Shown here: in pieces, positions 29,830 through 43,320 of the stretch
Layout: each line of letters starts with the position of its first letter
Position numbering within the stretch: the stretch's first letter is position 1
Source: Octopus vulgaris
Taxonomy: Eukaryota
DNA length: 64,000 nucleotides
Assembly: GCA_951406725.2 (NCBI GenBank)
Contig: OX597817.1
Location: 144,274,001-144,338,000, forward strand
Direction of reading: 5' to 3'
Notes under the pieces: model-generated
Told to the model about the DNA's origin: nothing
Databases searched by the model: none
What the model saw: only the letters and a program-made list of their open reading frames with translations
Program-made: the position numbers and the translations under genes

Positions 29830-30049
29830 TTGAATTTTTTAAATAACGAAAATGTAGGAAATCATGGAACACATATGCCCACACAAAATGTGTGTACGCA
29901 CATGAGTGTGTGTGTTTGTCTGTGTATGTGTATAAATTAAAAAGGCGTATATGCATCAAAATAACTGTCTGTATCTTTCTATCTGTAATGTACATTATAC
30001 ATCCATATATATATATTTATATATATCATACCATTCGCCATGTTGGGCC

Positions 30050-30225
30050 ACTGAACTCAACACATTTTTTTTCATTCTCTCTCTATTTATTTTCTCTTAT
30101 TCCGTTCTGTCGAAGAGCATACGCTCGAAACGTAAAAGACTTTTCCTTTTTTCCCGAGCGTCAAACTAATACACTTGCTTGTTCCTTCACTTGTCTTCGT
30201 CTTTGTTTCTCTATCAATTTGAACT
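30050..30225 (+). repeat. Dispersed ~170-bp repeat with HHR-like fold (CUGUNGA core)
   Basis: Copies at ~33400-33550, 47845-47932 (partial), 48500-48670 and 51888-52065. Confidence 0.75.
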
Positions 30226-30320
30226 ATCTGTCTGTCTGTAAACATACATACATACATACATACATACATACATACATACATACATACATACATACATACA
30301 TACATACATTTTAATCCAGC

Positions 30321-30372
30321 CAGCTAAGCCATCATCAGACTGGCTTAGCTGACCGAAACTTCGAATTCACTG
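30321..30372. ncRNA. Hammerhead split by a fold-back inversion
   Basis: Minus strand: cagt-CTGATGA-tggcttagctg. Plus strand: tggcttagctgacc-GAAA-cttcgaat-TC-actg. Homologous to 47715-47757. Confidence 0.65.
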
Positions 30373-30492
30373 TCAATACTAGTCTTGTTTAAGAATGATA
30401 AATATGTACTGTAGAAAAGTATGGAGTCACGTTTCAAATGAATGTAAAATTATTTTTTCTTAAAACTGTGCAGAAAAACAATCCTGTAAACG

Positions 30493-30563
<71 letters not shown>

Positions 30564-31217
30564 ATATTAATATATATATATATATTATATATGAAATATA
30601 GAATATTAATTTCAAGTTTTATCACGTTGGACACAGATTAAATAAATTCTAAAATGTAAGAATCTAAAACTTTTGTTTTCTTGTATTTATACATTTCGTT
30701 CCATCAGTGTGGGGAGTTGTTTTTTTTTTTTTAAACCGGAAACAATGAACATATTCATTTTTCCCGTAGCTCTTCACTGTTAAGTAGCTTTTATAACTTT
30801 CTCGTATAATCAGGTTTTTGAGATTTTCCATAATTCGCGCTTATATACCATCCTGGTCACGTAGAGGCATGCTCACATCTACACACAAATAAACACTCAC
30901 ACCCACACACACACAAGAATACCAGCAAATAAGATGATTAAAATCAAGAAAAGGCTTCTATTTATTCTTCGTTCTTCTGTGTTTCTAAAGAATTTATCCA
31001 CATCGACAATTACATCGTGCAAGACGTATATTAGCCATTCAAAAAGCACAGTGTTAACTTTACTTAAACATTTTATATTCAGTGCCAAAATTTTCGTCGC
31101 ACTAACTACGCCCTGCTCGTTGACGCAGTTCCTTTGCAACGGTTTAAGTGAAATTAATAGTTCACTTTTTGCTTTGTAGTGAATTTGGTAGTCAGAAACT
31201 GTATTGAATCCTGCCGT

Positions 31218-31251
<34 letters not shown>

Positions 31252-31412
31252 ATATTGTCTAAATTTGTCACCTCTACCACTTGTTTATATCCCCGTACCT
31301 TAACAGAAAACACCGGCAGTATAAGTACCAGGATCGCTTTGTTTGGCTCAAACCCTTCCAGGCGGTGCTGTAGCCTGGTCGCAGTCCAATGACTACACAC
31401 TTTCTAGGGTTC

Positions 31413-31443
<31 letters not shown>

Positions 31444-32635
31444 CTTCTTCTTCTTCTTCTTCTTCTTCTTCTTCTTCTTCTTCTTCATAAACATAATATG
31501 GCAATTCTTTCATTAGTGCCGTTGATACACTCCCGATTACTAAAAGTGGTAAGCGAACAATGCTACATGGCCTAATTATAATATAGCATAAAAAGCGAAA
31601 CAAGACTGATAAGTTACTTTAAACAGTCGTACGAACTCAACTCTAATGTGACAGACATCACTTGACAAAGAAAGAAAGAAAGAAAGACAAAAAAAACGGA
31701 GAAAAGCTGTCGTACTTTCCAAGTACTTATCATTAGAAAATCTGAAACAGTGTAATGTTATACATTGTAGTTTATAATTATAATAAAATAATACTAAAAG
31801 ACCTAATTTAACTAATTGAAATTTAACGTTATTATAAATTTATGAAAAAGGTTGAATTATTTTACTTAAATTACGAGTATACAGGCTAAATATGGAAGTC
31901 GGGTGTTCAAACTGTGGCTTTTTATTGCACAACAGAGAGACACAGCTGTGCAGTTAACTGGTTTGCTATCGGTTATATTATTCCTGTGTGTGATAAAGAA
32001 CAATAAAATCACAAAATGGCGGTATTTTAATGTCACAGAGACACCTGGTAACTTCCATTGACATATTAGAAGATCCACCGTCGATTTGTAGTTGCAAGAA
32101 TTTTACGTCTTGACTTGTTCTGGGTTGGAAAGAAAAGCATCGAATAGCCAATGTCATCGTCCCGTCCTTGACTTCCTGGATGATTAAAAAGACGGGCCAA
32201 AATAAATGCAGGTAAATTCTGCATGTTTTGAGATGACCATTGGGGTCTTTGATCTACATGCCTCGCAATTCACGCGTCCCAAGTCAACATTACTGAATAT
32301 TACTTTTTTTACCTGTTGAAGTAATATACCTGAAATCCAATGCTTAAAGAATCACACTTAAAGTTTAAGAATGCTGACCAGCCTGAATCCGTTTATGATG
32401 TCCTCCTAATGTTGTAGTTGTCCATAAGGTAGCGCATAGGTGTTTCAAGGTAGATCAAAATGGTGCATCTACCAGCTGGATGTCATATGACAGCTAGTGA
32501 GGGATGAGATGTCTCGCAAAGAAATTGGCAGTATTTCTGAAAAAAAGGACTCCCCTTCTTTAACACGCCTTATCTTCTCCCTCCTCTCTTTCACTCTTTC
32601 TCTCCCTAATACACAGACACAACTATATATAAATA

Positions 32636-32669
<34 letters not shown>

Positions 32670-33016
32670 CGCACACAACACACTCATGCACACACACACA
32701 CAAATACACACACGCACACACGCACACATGCAACACCCACCCACAGACACACACACACACACACACACACATGTATCATCATCAGAACCAAAATCTTCGA
32801 AGTTAACCAGAAGAGAAAAGGAAGAAATTAAACAACAGGAGAGGAAGGCTCTACCAAATCAATTTCATCCTCCACCAACATTATCATGCAGTCAATGCCA
32901 TTGACTCTTCGATGCAAGAATTGGTCTACAGAGTCATCAGCGCCATCACCATAAAGGAATAAGGGAAGCAAAGAAGAAACTAAATTCCCGGATACAAGAA
33001 AAAGCTGCCATTGCCG

Positions 33017-33152
33017 AGTGGAAATCGAACCGGTGACTGTGTAAAACAATAAAGCACTAAAAGAGAATGACTTTCCCAGACACAATAATATATATATTAT
33101 ACATACGCACAAACACACACACACACACAAACAAATATATATATATATGTAC

Positions 33153-33185
<33 letters not shown>

Positions 33186-33254
33186 ATTGTGTCTGGGAAA
33201 GCCATTCTCTTTTAGTTCCTTATTATTAACACACTCACCGGTTCGATTTCCACT
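33017..33254. repeat. ~70-bp inverted repeat flanking a microsatellite
   Basis: AGTGGAAATCGAACCGGTGA..AAAAGAGAATGACTTTCCCAGACACAAT and its reverse complement at ~33187-33254. Confidence 0.8.
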
Positions 33255-33548
33255 TATTTACTTAATTTAAAAAACATTTTCGTTGCATCTTACAAACTTC
33301 TAGATATATATACACATACACACACACGCACACGTACACACATATACACGTATACATCATCATCTATCTATCTATGTATCTATGTATCTATCTGTCTACC
33401 TATTTTTCTCTCCTTGTTTTTTTCTGTGTATCTTTCTGTGGAAGAGCGTAGGCTCGAAACGTAGAAGACTTTTTCTATTCCTGAGCGCTATACTAATACA
33501 TTTGTTTTTTTTTTGTACACCCCATGCCTTCGTCTTTTGTTTATTTTC

Positions 33549-33608
<60 letters not shown>

Positions 33609-33757
33609 GTGCACTTAATTTTGGTCTGTTTGGCATCCTAACAATACTACCTCATGTTCCTGAAATTCATATCTACATCTTTATCTGTATTTTTGCCTTC
33701 TCTAGGATGTTACTAATTGTTTTGAGAACTTTATATTATTGGAAAACCTATATGAAA

Positions 33758-33843
33758 TTAGCTGAAGATTACTTGACATGTTATATCTGCTGTAATATTT
33801 ACAGCTTTTAATAAAATGTTATAGTATGAAACAATTGTACTAA
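33758..33843 (+). ncRNA. Minimal hammerhead ribozyme with long loop II
   Basis: ttag-CTGAAGA-ttac(~51 nt)gtat-GAAA-caattg-TA-ctaa. One mismatch at the base of stem II. Confidence 0.75.
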
Positions 33844-33874
33844 ATTACCGAATCCATTCTTGTTGCTTATTTTT

Positions 33875-33909
<35 letters not shown>

Positions 33910-34391
33910 GAGATGATAGATATGTATGTATGTATGTATGTATGCATGTATGTATGTATGTATGTATGTATGTATGTATGTATGTATGTATCCACTCTGA
34001 GTTATTTCTCTGAGATCCCTTTTGTTTAATTTATGCGAATTACCTAGGCCATAAATATGCTCTACCTTTTCGTATATATCTATGGACCTTGGCTGTTGGA
34101 GAAATGCTAGGACAGTTCTCAAGCTGATGACGCCTATTGAGTAAGAAACATGTATCCACGACTGCCCGCTTATCTCCTTACAAAAACCTATCCATTTCCT
34201 AAATTGCAGATCATTTCTGGAGAATGCTTGATTCTTAAAATTATCTCCCCTTCTCATAAGGAGCTGTTCTCAAGCACCATTTTGTAATTGTGATACATTA
34301 TCTAGAAGCAGAGATAATATTTATAAATCAAGAGTTTATGCAGAATGTTATTTGATATACCTGTATTTGCATACATGTGTATGCATATGTG

Positions 34392-34520
34392 TGTCATTAT
34401 TCAGTTTATTTCAAGATTTCTTGCCAATAGAAAAAGAACCGGTTTCTAACATAGATTCAAGGCTCCTTCATTGGAATTTCAACATCAACAACAGGGTATT
34501 TTGTCTGTATGCATGTATGT
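34392..34520 (-). mobile_element. R4/Dong-like 3' UTR fragment
   Basis: Same terminal sequence as 27830-27940. Confidence 0.7.
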
Positions 34521-34563
34521 ATGTGTGTATGTATATATATATACGCACACAATATGCACACAC

Positions 34564-34604
<41 letters not shown>

Positions 34605-35229
34605 TTCTCTCTCACACACACATATATATTAATTTTGGAGGGAACGTTGAATCTTGAAACAGATAAGCTATGAATAACAGCGTGTAAATATTCAGCGAGA
34701 GAGAGAGGGGGGAAGAGAGAGAGAATAGAAAGAGAGGATGAAAGGAAGACAGAGGGAGAAAGAGGGGGGAATGAGAAAGAAAGAGAGAATATAATTAAAA
34801 GGAATTCGAGAAGAAATATTACAGTGATATCTCTCATCAAGAATTACTTCAGCACAAAGCAAATCGAAGAATTAAGATGAGTAAATATCTAAGGTTTCGT
34901 GGAGAATTGCTTAGCTAAATAGACATACAAACAGACAGATAATTTGGTGGAGTGACAGATAGACAGCTAGTTAGCTAGCAAGATATAAAGAAGGAGACAG
35001 ACAAACGGGCATACGGGCGCACACACTCATACATATATGAAAAAGAAGAGAAGAAATATATAAAATTATATGATGTAAGACAAAGATTGCGTGAGAAGGA
35101 GTGGAAGAAAGAGGAAAGGTATAAAAGTTTGTAAAAGCGAGGATATATTACATAAAGAAATATAAAAAAGGGATGGAGAAGTAGAGATAACGGAGAAGGG
35201 CGGAGAAAGAGAGAAGTAAAGAGCGAACT

Positions 35230-35269
<40 letters not shown>

Positions 35270-35872
35270 AGAGAGAGTTAGTGGGGAGGGAAACACAGAA
35301 CGAGAAAGATGCAGAAATGTTTATCTGCAATAGGATAAAGAAAACATTTAGAAATTTCCTGAGATGTTAATGATAGCTGCTTATTTAGGCTGTTAAAATT
35401 GTCGTCTGCTCGCTTAGATAGTATTTCTTCCCATTCACCAAACACAAGATATCGATATTATGGGCGCCATTTTATTTAATCATTATATTCAGTTTTTTTC
35501 TTTTAATTTTTAACTCTGTTCATTTTTATATTTATTTGTTTGTGTGTTTTTTTTATTTATTTGTTTGATGGAGCAATTTATCTTTTTTCTTCTATTTCTT
35601 GAGTTATTTTTCATTGATTTTTTTCCTGTTTTATTTATCGTTTGATATTTCAAACCTAAGAGTAGAATCATCTTAAATACACAAAATACAATTACAGACA
35701 ACATTTACCCTGTTACTTAGCAATATATATATATATACATACATGTATGCATGCATACATGCGCACACACACACACATATAAACACACGCGGGCATACAT
35801 AGATACATTGATACTTGAGTACATACATATATACATATATGCATCTTTTTCTTCTTGGTAGTCTTTTTAGTT

Positions 35873-35962
<90 letters not shown>

Positions 35963-36420
35963 AAGCCTTTAATGAGGACTTGACACAGTCCTAAAATCAC
36001 AGCCTTGATTTCTACCGGGGTCTCTTTCTACTAATAAGTTCCCCATATACCATCTGTTTAGGAATCCTGCTATCCTTCATTCTAACGTGCCCAGTCCTCA
36101 TTAAAGACCTGTGGATATGCAAGAGACTGATAGGGGAGAGCAATGCCTGCCATCACCACAGATAGAGGAAGCAGGTTAAGGAAGGGGTCGACAAGTTTGA
36201 AAGAACACCTATTCTGCATGAAGATTTAAGCGTGCTGCTCGAAAGTGCACTGCATAGTGAATGGGGAAAGCTTGGTTTGCAATGTTTGTAGTCACGTATG
36301 CTTGTCAAGAAGAGGGCTCATTAACCACCACCGGAGCTGCAAATGCAAAATATAAGTTAGTCCTAGAGCGCACAATATTCCTAAAGCTCAGCAACGGTCT
36401 TCCTCCGTCTTGAGTGGACG

Positions 36421-36477
<57 letters not shown>

Positions 36478-36602
36478 GGAGTAACTCAGAGTAACAGGCT
36501 TTGTTGAATTTTCTGCTGCTTTTAAATAAAGCATATTACCCTACCCCTGGTATTTGAGTACTCTTTTTTCCACCTTGTTTCACATTTATGTGTTTACTCC
36601 GC

Positions 36603-36634
<32 letters not shown>

Positions 36635-36751
36635 CACTTTTACAAGAATAGTATTGGGAGTAACTCAGAAGTTTCGGCCTACTTAGCCTTCATCGAAACT
36701 TCGATCCTACAACCGCGAGTCCGCTGCCCTAACCATTGTGCCATTGCGCCT

Positions 36752-36862
<111 letters not shown>

Positions 36863-37603
36863 TATATGTGTCTGAATGTATATGTATGTATATATGATGT
36901 GGCTTGTGTGCGCATATGTATCTTAATGTCCTTGGGGTTTCAAGTTGCTTATATTTCCATCAGTCAGCGCAGTCGAACGTATGTGCGTACAAGCATAAAT
37001 ACGTACACATAGGTAATAAACACATATGCCTCTGTACGTTTAAAGCGAAATAAAAATAAGCTTGCTTCCTATATTTGTCAATTTTCTTTGTCTTTGATAA
37101 GACGACTCGCAATTTCGCCAGAAACCAGTCTCACTATCCCCCCTCCTCCGCTTCTTCTTCTTCTTCTTCTTCTTCTTCTTCTTCTTCTTCTTCTTCTTCT
37201 TCTTCTTCTTCCGCTTCCTCCTCCTCCTCCTCTTCCATCTTTCTCCCTTTTCTTTCCCCTCTCTCTCTTTATCTCCACACACAAACGTACATGCACATTC
37301 GCACTCTAAGTCACACACATTTGTGTATATATTACATCATATATATATACACACAGACACATACATATATATGTATGTGCATAAACATGTTTATAAATGT
37401 ATATACGCATATATATTCATGTATGTACTTATACATATTATATGTAAATATATATATATATATATCATATACGTATGTATATACATATATATCATATATT
37501 TTTATATATGTATATGCATACATATATACATATATATATATGTATTGTATGTATATATACATACATATATATATATATATGTATTGTATGTATATATACA
37601 TAC

Positions 37604-37661
<58 letters not shown>

Positions 37662-37745
37662 ATATACATACAATACATATGTATATATGTATATATGTAT
37701 GCATATACATATATAAAAATATATGATATATATGTATATACATAC

Positions 37746-37782
<37 letters not shown>

Positions 37783-38532
37783 TGTATATCTGTGTATGTG
37801 TATCATATATATTCATGTGTTATGTATGTGTGAGCGTTATGTGTGTGTGTGCGTGCATGTGTGTGTATGTGTGTGTGTGTGTGCGTGCTTGTGTCTCGAA
37901 TAGCGACTTTGTGTTTCATCTGTTCATCTGTTCTCGTGGAATTACGGGGAAGAAATAGATTGATATCGATATTACTTTCCAATCTTTGTTTCCATAATAC
38001 CTTTTATCGTTCCGAGTTGGTGGTAAACACTTCACTGAACAATGTCCCGCCACCGCACCGCCATCTACCGGCCTCCAAATTTATCATAAATTGAGCGAAA
38101 TCTATGATTGGAGAAAACACACTGCAAGGCGACTCTCTGATCGGCACGCCATTTCAGTGTAGTGAAGATGGCGTGTCGGAATGCAAGAGTTGGACGTTGG
38201 GGATAATAATTCTTTCCACGAGAAGTGCGGTCTTAGCAGCTCAGTCACGCACGCATGCGTACAGATATATAACTTATATGAAGATATACTCTCGCACATA
38301 TACATACAGTTATATACATATATGTGTGTGTGTGTATACGCGTCTGAGAGTGTATGTACGTATGTATATGTATATATATATATATATATATATAGATCAA
38401 TAAATGGTGGGGTTGTGTTGACCGCACGTGGAGAAATGATAAGTAAGGAAAAATTTTTTAAAAATGCAGAATGCTCAAATGAAAGAAAATTTTAATAAAA
38501 TGAGAAAATGATAAAATATATAAATATATATT

Positions 38533-38573
38533 TATTCAACCGGTTTTCGTCATTGTATGACTTGTCAAGAATA
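38533..38573 (-). ncRNA. Variant hammerhead (U3:A8 core) in the left pLTR
   Basis: Reverse complement of 40510-40550. Confidence 0.7.
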
Positions 38574-38961
38574 TTTATGTTTTAAGAAGTTTTTTAAAAA
38601 TTAGAAAGGGGAAAAAAAAGAAAATTGCATTGTTTTTTGTAAAAGAATAATGATAAAAATGTACAAAAATTAAAAAATAAGTTCTCCGATACATTGTGAG
38701 TTCGTTGTGTATCTTGAGTTTTATGGTTGTTTACCAAAAAATTACCTTGAGGTGTTAAGATCCAAAGGGATTAAGAGCATGTGATGTGTTGTGTTGTTAA
38801 ATTCAGCATGTTGCAGGACAGGAAGTAGTAGTAATTGTGGTCCTAGTTCTTCAGTTCCTGTGTTGTGAGTAAGGGAGACAACTCTTTTGAGTTCTTCAAT
38901 AAAACCCAAATTATAAAACTATCATTTTAGCTTCATTTGCATTATCTTTTTTATATAAACA

Positions 38962-39878
38962 CCTAAGAACCAAATCATAACAGACATCTACCACAAACCT
39001 ACAGACTCACAACAATACCTCCTCTTTAGTTCATGCCACCCAAAACACACCAAGACAAATATCCCTTTCAATTTAGCTAAAAGGGTATGCACCATTGTCT
39101 CGGATCCAAAAACACGAGAAATACGCCTTCAAGACCTCAAAAAACACTATTACAACGTCAATATCCCTCCACCCTTATAGAGTATGGAATAAAACGCGCC
39201 AAAGAACTAGACAACACTACACTGATAACCACCCAACCTAACACCACACACAACCTCAAAATACTTCCATACATTTCCACCCACAACCCCAAAAATATCG
39301 AAGCATACACCACAATCATACAAAACCTCAGTCTACTGTCAACAGACCCAAAAATGAAAAACATTATAAATACACACAAAATCCTCAAATGCAAAAGGCA
39401 ACACAAATCTTTAAAAAAACTCTTGACAAATGCCAAACTTCACACACCACATCCACCCCCAACAGTAAAAAAATGTGCACGCTCAAACTGTGGTACCTGC
39501 CCCTTTCTACTTGAAGGCTCTGAATTTACCTTCAAACAAGGTACGAAGTTTAAAATCAAGACTAACTTCTCCTGTTCCTCCGAGAACCTTATCTACGTTC
39601 TCACATGCGCTGGTTGCCAACATAATTATGTGGGACAAACGAGTCTCCCGTTACGTAAACGAGTAACGGTGCATAAAGAACAAATAAATCTCCCGGAATA
39701 CCGACAAATTCCACTGAGTGACCACTTAGACTCATGTGCTAAAGACTTAAACCCCAAATTCTATATATTCCCCTTCTACCAATGTAAAGACGGGATCACC
39801 ACACAGGAGAGAATTAACAAGGAGAATCTCTTTATTGAAAAATTCCAAACACAACTTAATATGCAAACTCCTCGTTGA
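38962..39878 (+). pseudogene. Penelope RT thumb, Cys-rich linker and GIY-YIG endonuclease
   Basis: TDIYHKPTDSQQYLLFSSCHPKHTKTNIPF (frameshift ~39140), KCARSNCGTC linker, NLIYVLTCAGC..YVGQT..LRKRVTVH. Confidence 0.9.
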
Positions 39879-40509
39879 TCAAACTTCCTTTCTCTACCTC
39901 ACTCTTCATGGATGGACTAACACAAATATATAAAGATACCATGCATTCATCACTTCAAGCAAAAACTTATATTCTTTAAATTTCATTTTCACTATTGTTG
40001 TTATTACTATCATTTTTATTATAAATGATATGACAATTTGAAATGCAATTGTCTATGCAGTTTTATATTATTAGAAAATAATATAAATAAAGTGTTAAAA
40101 TCTGAAAGTTAAGTTAACAAGCAATTATATAAAAAAGATAATGCAAATGAAGCTAAAATGATAGTTTTATAATTTGGGTTTTATTGAAGAACTCAAAAGA
40201 GTTGTCTCCCTTACTCACAACACAGGAACTGAAGAACTAGGACCACAATTACTACTACTTCCTGTCCTGCAACATGCTGAATTTAACAACACAACACATC
40301 ACATGCTCTTAATCCCTTTGGATCTTAACACCTCAAGGTAATTTTTTGGTAAACAACCATAAAACTCAAGATACACAACGAACTCACAATGTATCGGAGA
40401 ACTTATTTTTTAATTTTTGTACATTTTTATCATTATTCTTTTACAAAAAACAATGCAATTTTCTTTTTTTCCCCTTTCTAATTTTTAAAAAAACTTCTTA
40501 AAACATAAA

Positions 40510-40550
40510 TATTCTTGACAAGTCATACAATGACGAAAACCGGTTGAATA
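40510..40550 (+). ncRNA. Variant hammerhead (U3:A8 core) in the right pLTR
   Basis: tattc-TTGACAA-gtca(tacaa)tgac-GAAA-accgg-TT-gaata. Confidence 0.7.
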
Positions 40551-40641
40551 AATATATATTTATATATTTTATCATTTTCTCATTTTATTAAAATTTTCTT
40601 TCATTTGAGCATTCTGCATTTTTAAAAAATTTTTCCTTACT

Positions 40642-40672
<31 letters not shown>

Positions 40673-40739
40673 CTTTGATACTTTGATAGGTTTCGGCCAT
40701 TATTGGCCCAGGCCATGTCTAACTTAATAGCACCACCTG

Positions 40740-40788
<49 letters not shown>

Positions 40789-40935
40789 GCATGCATATAT
40801 ATATGTATATATAAATATATACACATAAATGTATACACACACACACACACATATATATATATGTACATATTTTCATATATATATAAATATATACATTTGT
40901 ATGCATTTATATTCATATACATACATATATACAGC

Positions 40936-40990
<55 letters not shown>

Positions 40991-41181
40991 CATAGACAGA
41001 CAGACAGACAGATAGACAAACAAACTGACAGACAGTCAGACAGGTAAATAGATAGATAGATAGGTAGATAGATAGATAGATAGATAGATTGATTGATTGA
41101 TTGATTGATTAAGAGATAGATAGATTGATTGGTAGACAGACAGACAGACAGACAGACAGATATATAGACAGATAGATAGAC

Positions 41182-41317
<136 letters not shown>

Positions 41318-41349
41318 TGATTGATTGATATATGTATGTATGTAATGGT

Positions 41350-41535
41350 TTGTAAAGTGCTAGCTTTGCATTTTTATGTATATGTCGCTGACACCAAACG
41401 CGTGACTCCAAGCTACCAAACGCTTTTGCTGCCCTTTGAATTCGCAGCTGTATTTCTGTATCAAAATTTCCATCATTCTGAACAGAGCTCCCAAGGTAGA
41501 CGAACGAATCGACAACCTCAAGTAACTTTGCCTTA
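41350..41535 (-). pseudogene. RTE-clade RT C-terminal fragment
   Basis: LEVVDSFVYLGS..DTEIQLRIQRAAKAFGSLESRVW..KLALYK. Confidence 0.85.
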
Positions 41536-41563
41536 ACAAAGGAAGAATGTAACGATCGAAAAG

Positions 41564-41935
41564 ATGAACGACAATGCCCTTTTTGTGTGTATAGTATGTG
41601 ACAGACCATTCCTGTCTTTGGCTTGCGTCAAATCTCATCTGCGAACGCATGAAAAACGAACCTCTACCAACTATTCTGACTATATGTCTGTGCACACCTT
41701 TGAATGCAGTGTATGCCAGAAGGTTTGCATATCCAACGGAGGCCTCAAAAGACATGTTAAGATCCACAAAGAGCAGAACTTATCTGCACGTATTCGTGGT
41801 CCAAATCGGACATGCAGTCTATGTGGGTGTCTTTTCAGAACATTGTCTGGTTTCAAAAGCCACATCAGACGCCATGATCGTGCTCAGGTGTAGGTACAGG
41901 AGGTGATCAAACTCTGCATAAGGAGTAAACACCTA
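41564..41935 (+). mobile_element. LINE (probably RTE) 3' end encoding three C2H2 zinc fingers, then a (TATG)n tail
   Basis: CxxC-x12-HxxxH occurs three times in ORF 41564..41893, followed by a short UTR and a microsatellite. Confidence 0.7.
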
Positions 41936-42481
41936 TGTATGTATGTATGTATGTATGTATGTATGTATGTATGTATGTATGTATGTATAGATGTATGTAT
42001 GTATGCATGTATGCATGTATGTATATATGCATGCATGCATGTATGTATATATGCATGCATGCATGTATGTCTGTATGTATGTATGTATGCATGTATGTAT
42101 ACATGTATGTATGTATGTATGCATGTATGTATGCATGCATGTATGTATATATGCATGCATGTATGTATATATGCATGCATGCATGTATGTATATATGCAT
42201 GCATGCATGTATGTATATATGCATGCATGTATGTATATATGCATGCATGCATGTATGTATATATGCATGCATGCATGTATGTCTGTATGTATGCATGTAT
42301 GTATGCATGCATGTATGTATGTATGTATGTATGTATACATGTATGTATGCATGTATGCATGTATGTATATATGCATGCATGCATGTATGTATATATGCAT
42401 GCATGTATGTATATATGCATGGATGCATGTATGTATGTATGTATGCATGCATGTATGCATGTATGCATGTATGTATGTATG

Positions 42482-42515
<34 letters not shown>

Positions 42516-42550
42516 TGTATGTATGTATGTATGTATGTATATATGTATAT
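41933..42550. repeat. Long (TATG/CATG)n compound microsatellite
   Basis: Seen directly in the sequence. Confidence 0.95.
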
Positions 42551-42597
42551 GCCGGAAAGCCCTGCGATTTTTTGCAGCGTTGAAGCAAGGTACAGTT

Positions 42598-42757
42598 TAG
42601 GTGTGGCTGTATGGTAAGTAGCTTGCTTACCAGCCACATGGTTTCGGGTTCAGTCCCACTGCGTGGCACCTTGAGCAAGAATCTTCTTCTATAGCCTCGG
42701 GCTGACCATGCCTTGTGAGTGGATTTGGTATACAGAAACTGAAAGAAGCCCGTTGTA

Positions 42758-42788
<31 letters not shown>

Positions 42789-42796
42789 GTGTGTAT

Positions 42797-42869
<73 letters not shown>

Positions 42870-43085
42870 TGTTTGTGTGTCTGTGTTTGTCTTTCCAACA
42901 TCGCTTGACAACCGATGCTGGTGTGTTTACGTCACTGTAACGTAGCAGTTCGGCAAAAGAGACCGATAGAATAAGTACTAGGCTTACAAAGAATAAGTCC
43001 TGGGGTCGATTTGATTCGACTAAAGGCGGTGCTCCAGCATGGCCGCAGTCAAATGACTGGAACAAGTAAAAAAGTAAAAGAGAGT
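42598..43085 (+). mobile_element. SINE family A
   Basis: Head, internal (TG)n, and tail ending in GTAAAAGAGA. Confidence 0.85.
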
Positions 43086-43129
43086 AAATAAAAGTACAAT
43101 TTTTGTATTCGTTTCCAAAATAGAATTGT

Positions 43130-43320
43130 CACATGTACGTTAAAATTTCGCTTCTTTGTGTATTTTTCCATCGTCAATAATATTTCCCTGTAAAGCTGAA
43201 AAATCAGTCACCAAGTCGTCATCGATACTTGCAGACTCTCCGCTTATCTGTATGTTGTATAAGTCTGAACGATTCTTGAAACGTTCAAACCAACCATGTT
43301 TTGTCCTTAAATGTTTGCTG
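43130..43320 (-). pseudogene. pogo/Tigger transposase fragment
   Basis: Minus-strand translation HGWFERFKNRSDLYNIQISGESAS matches the CENP-B-type HTH motif. Confidence 0.7.

Larger units (their letters stand above)
38439..40644 (+). mobile_element. Penelope-like element (Neptune-type), 5'-truncated, with inverted pseudo-LTRs
   Basis: ~520-bp near-identical inverted repeats at 38439-38958 and 40125-40644 enclose an RT C-terminus and a GIY-YIG endonuclease. Confidence 0.92.

Noticed and set aside
32900-32950. Minus-strand CTGATGA with a nearby hairpin
   Set aside because: No GAAA/UH in the required geometry.
34120-34160. CTGATGA..GAAACATGTA
   Set aside because: No convincing stem I or stem II.
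35960-36010. TTAATGA-ggact..agtcc-TAAA hairpin
   Set aside because: Too many core substitutions to call an HHR.
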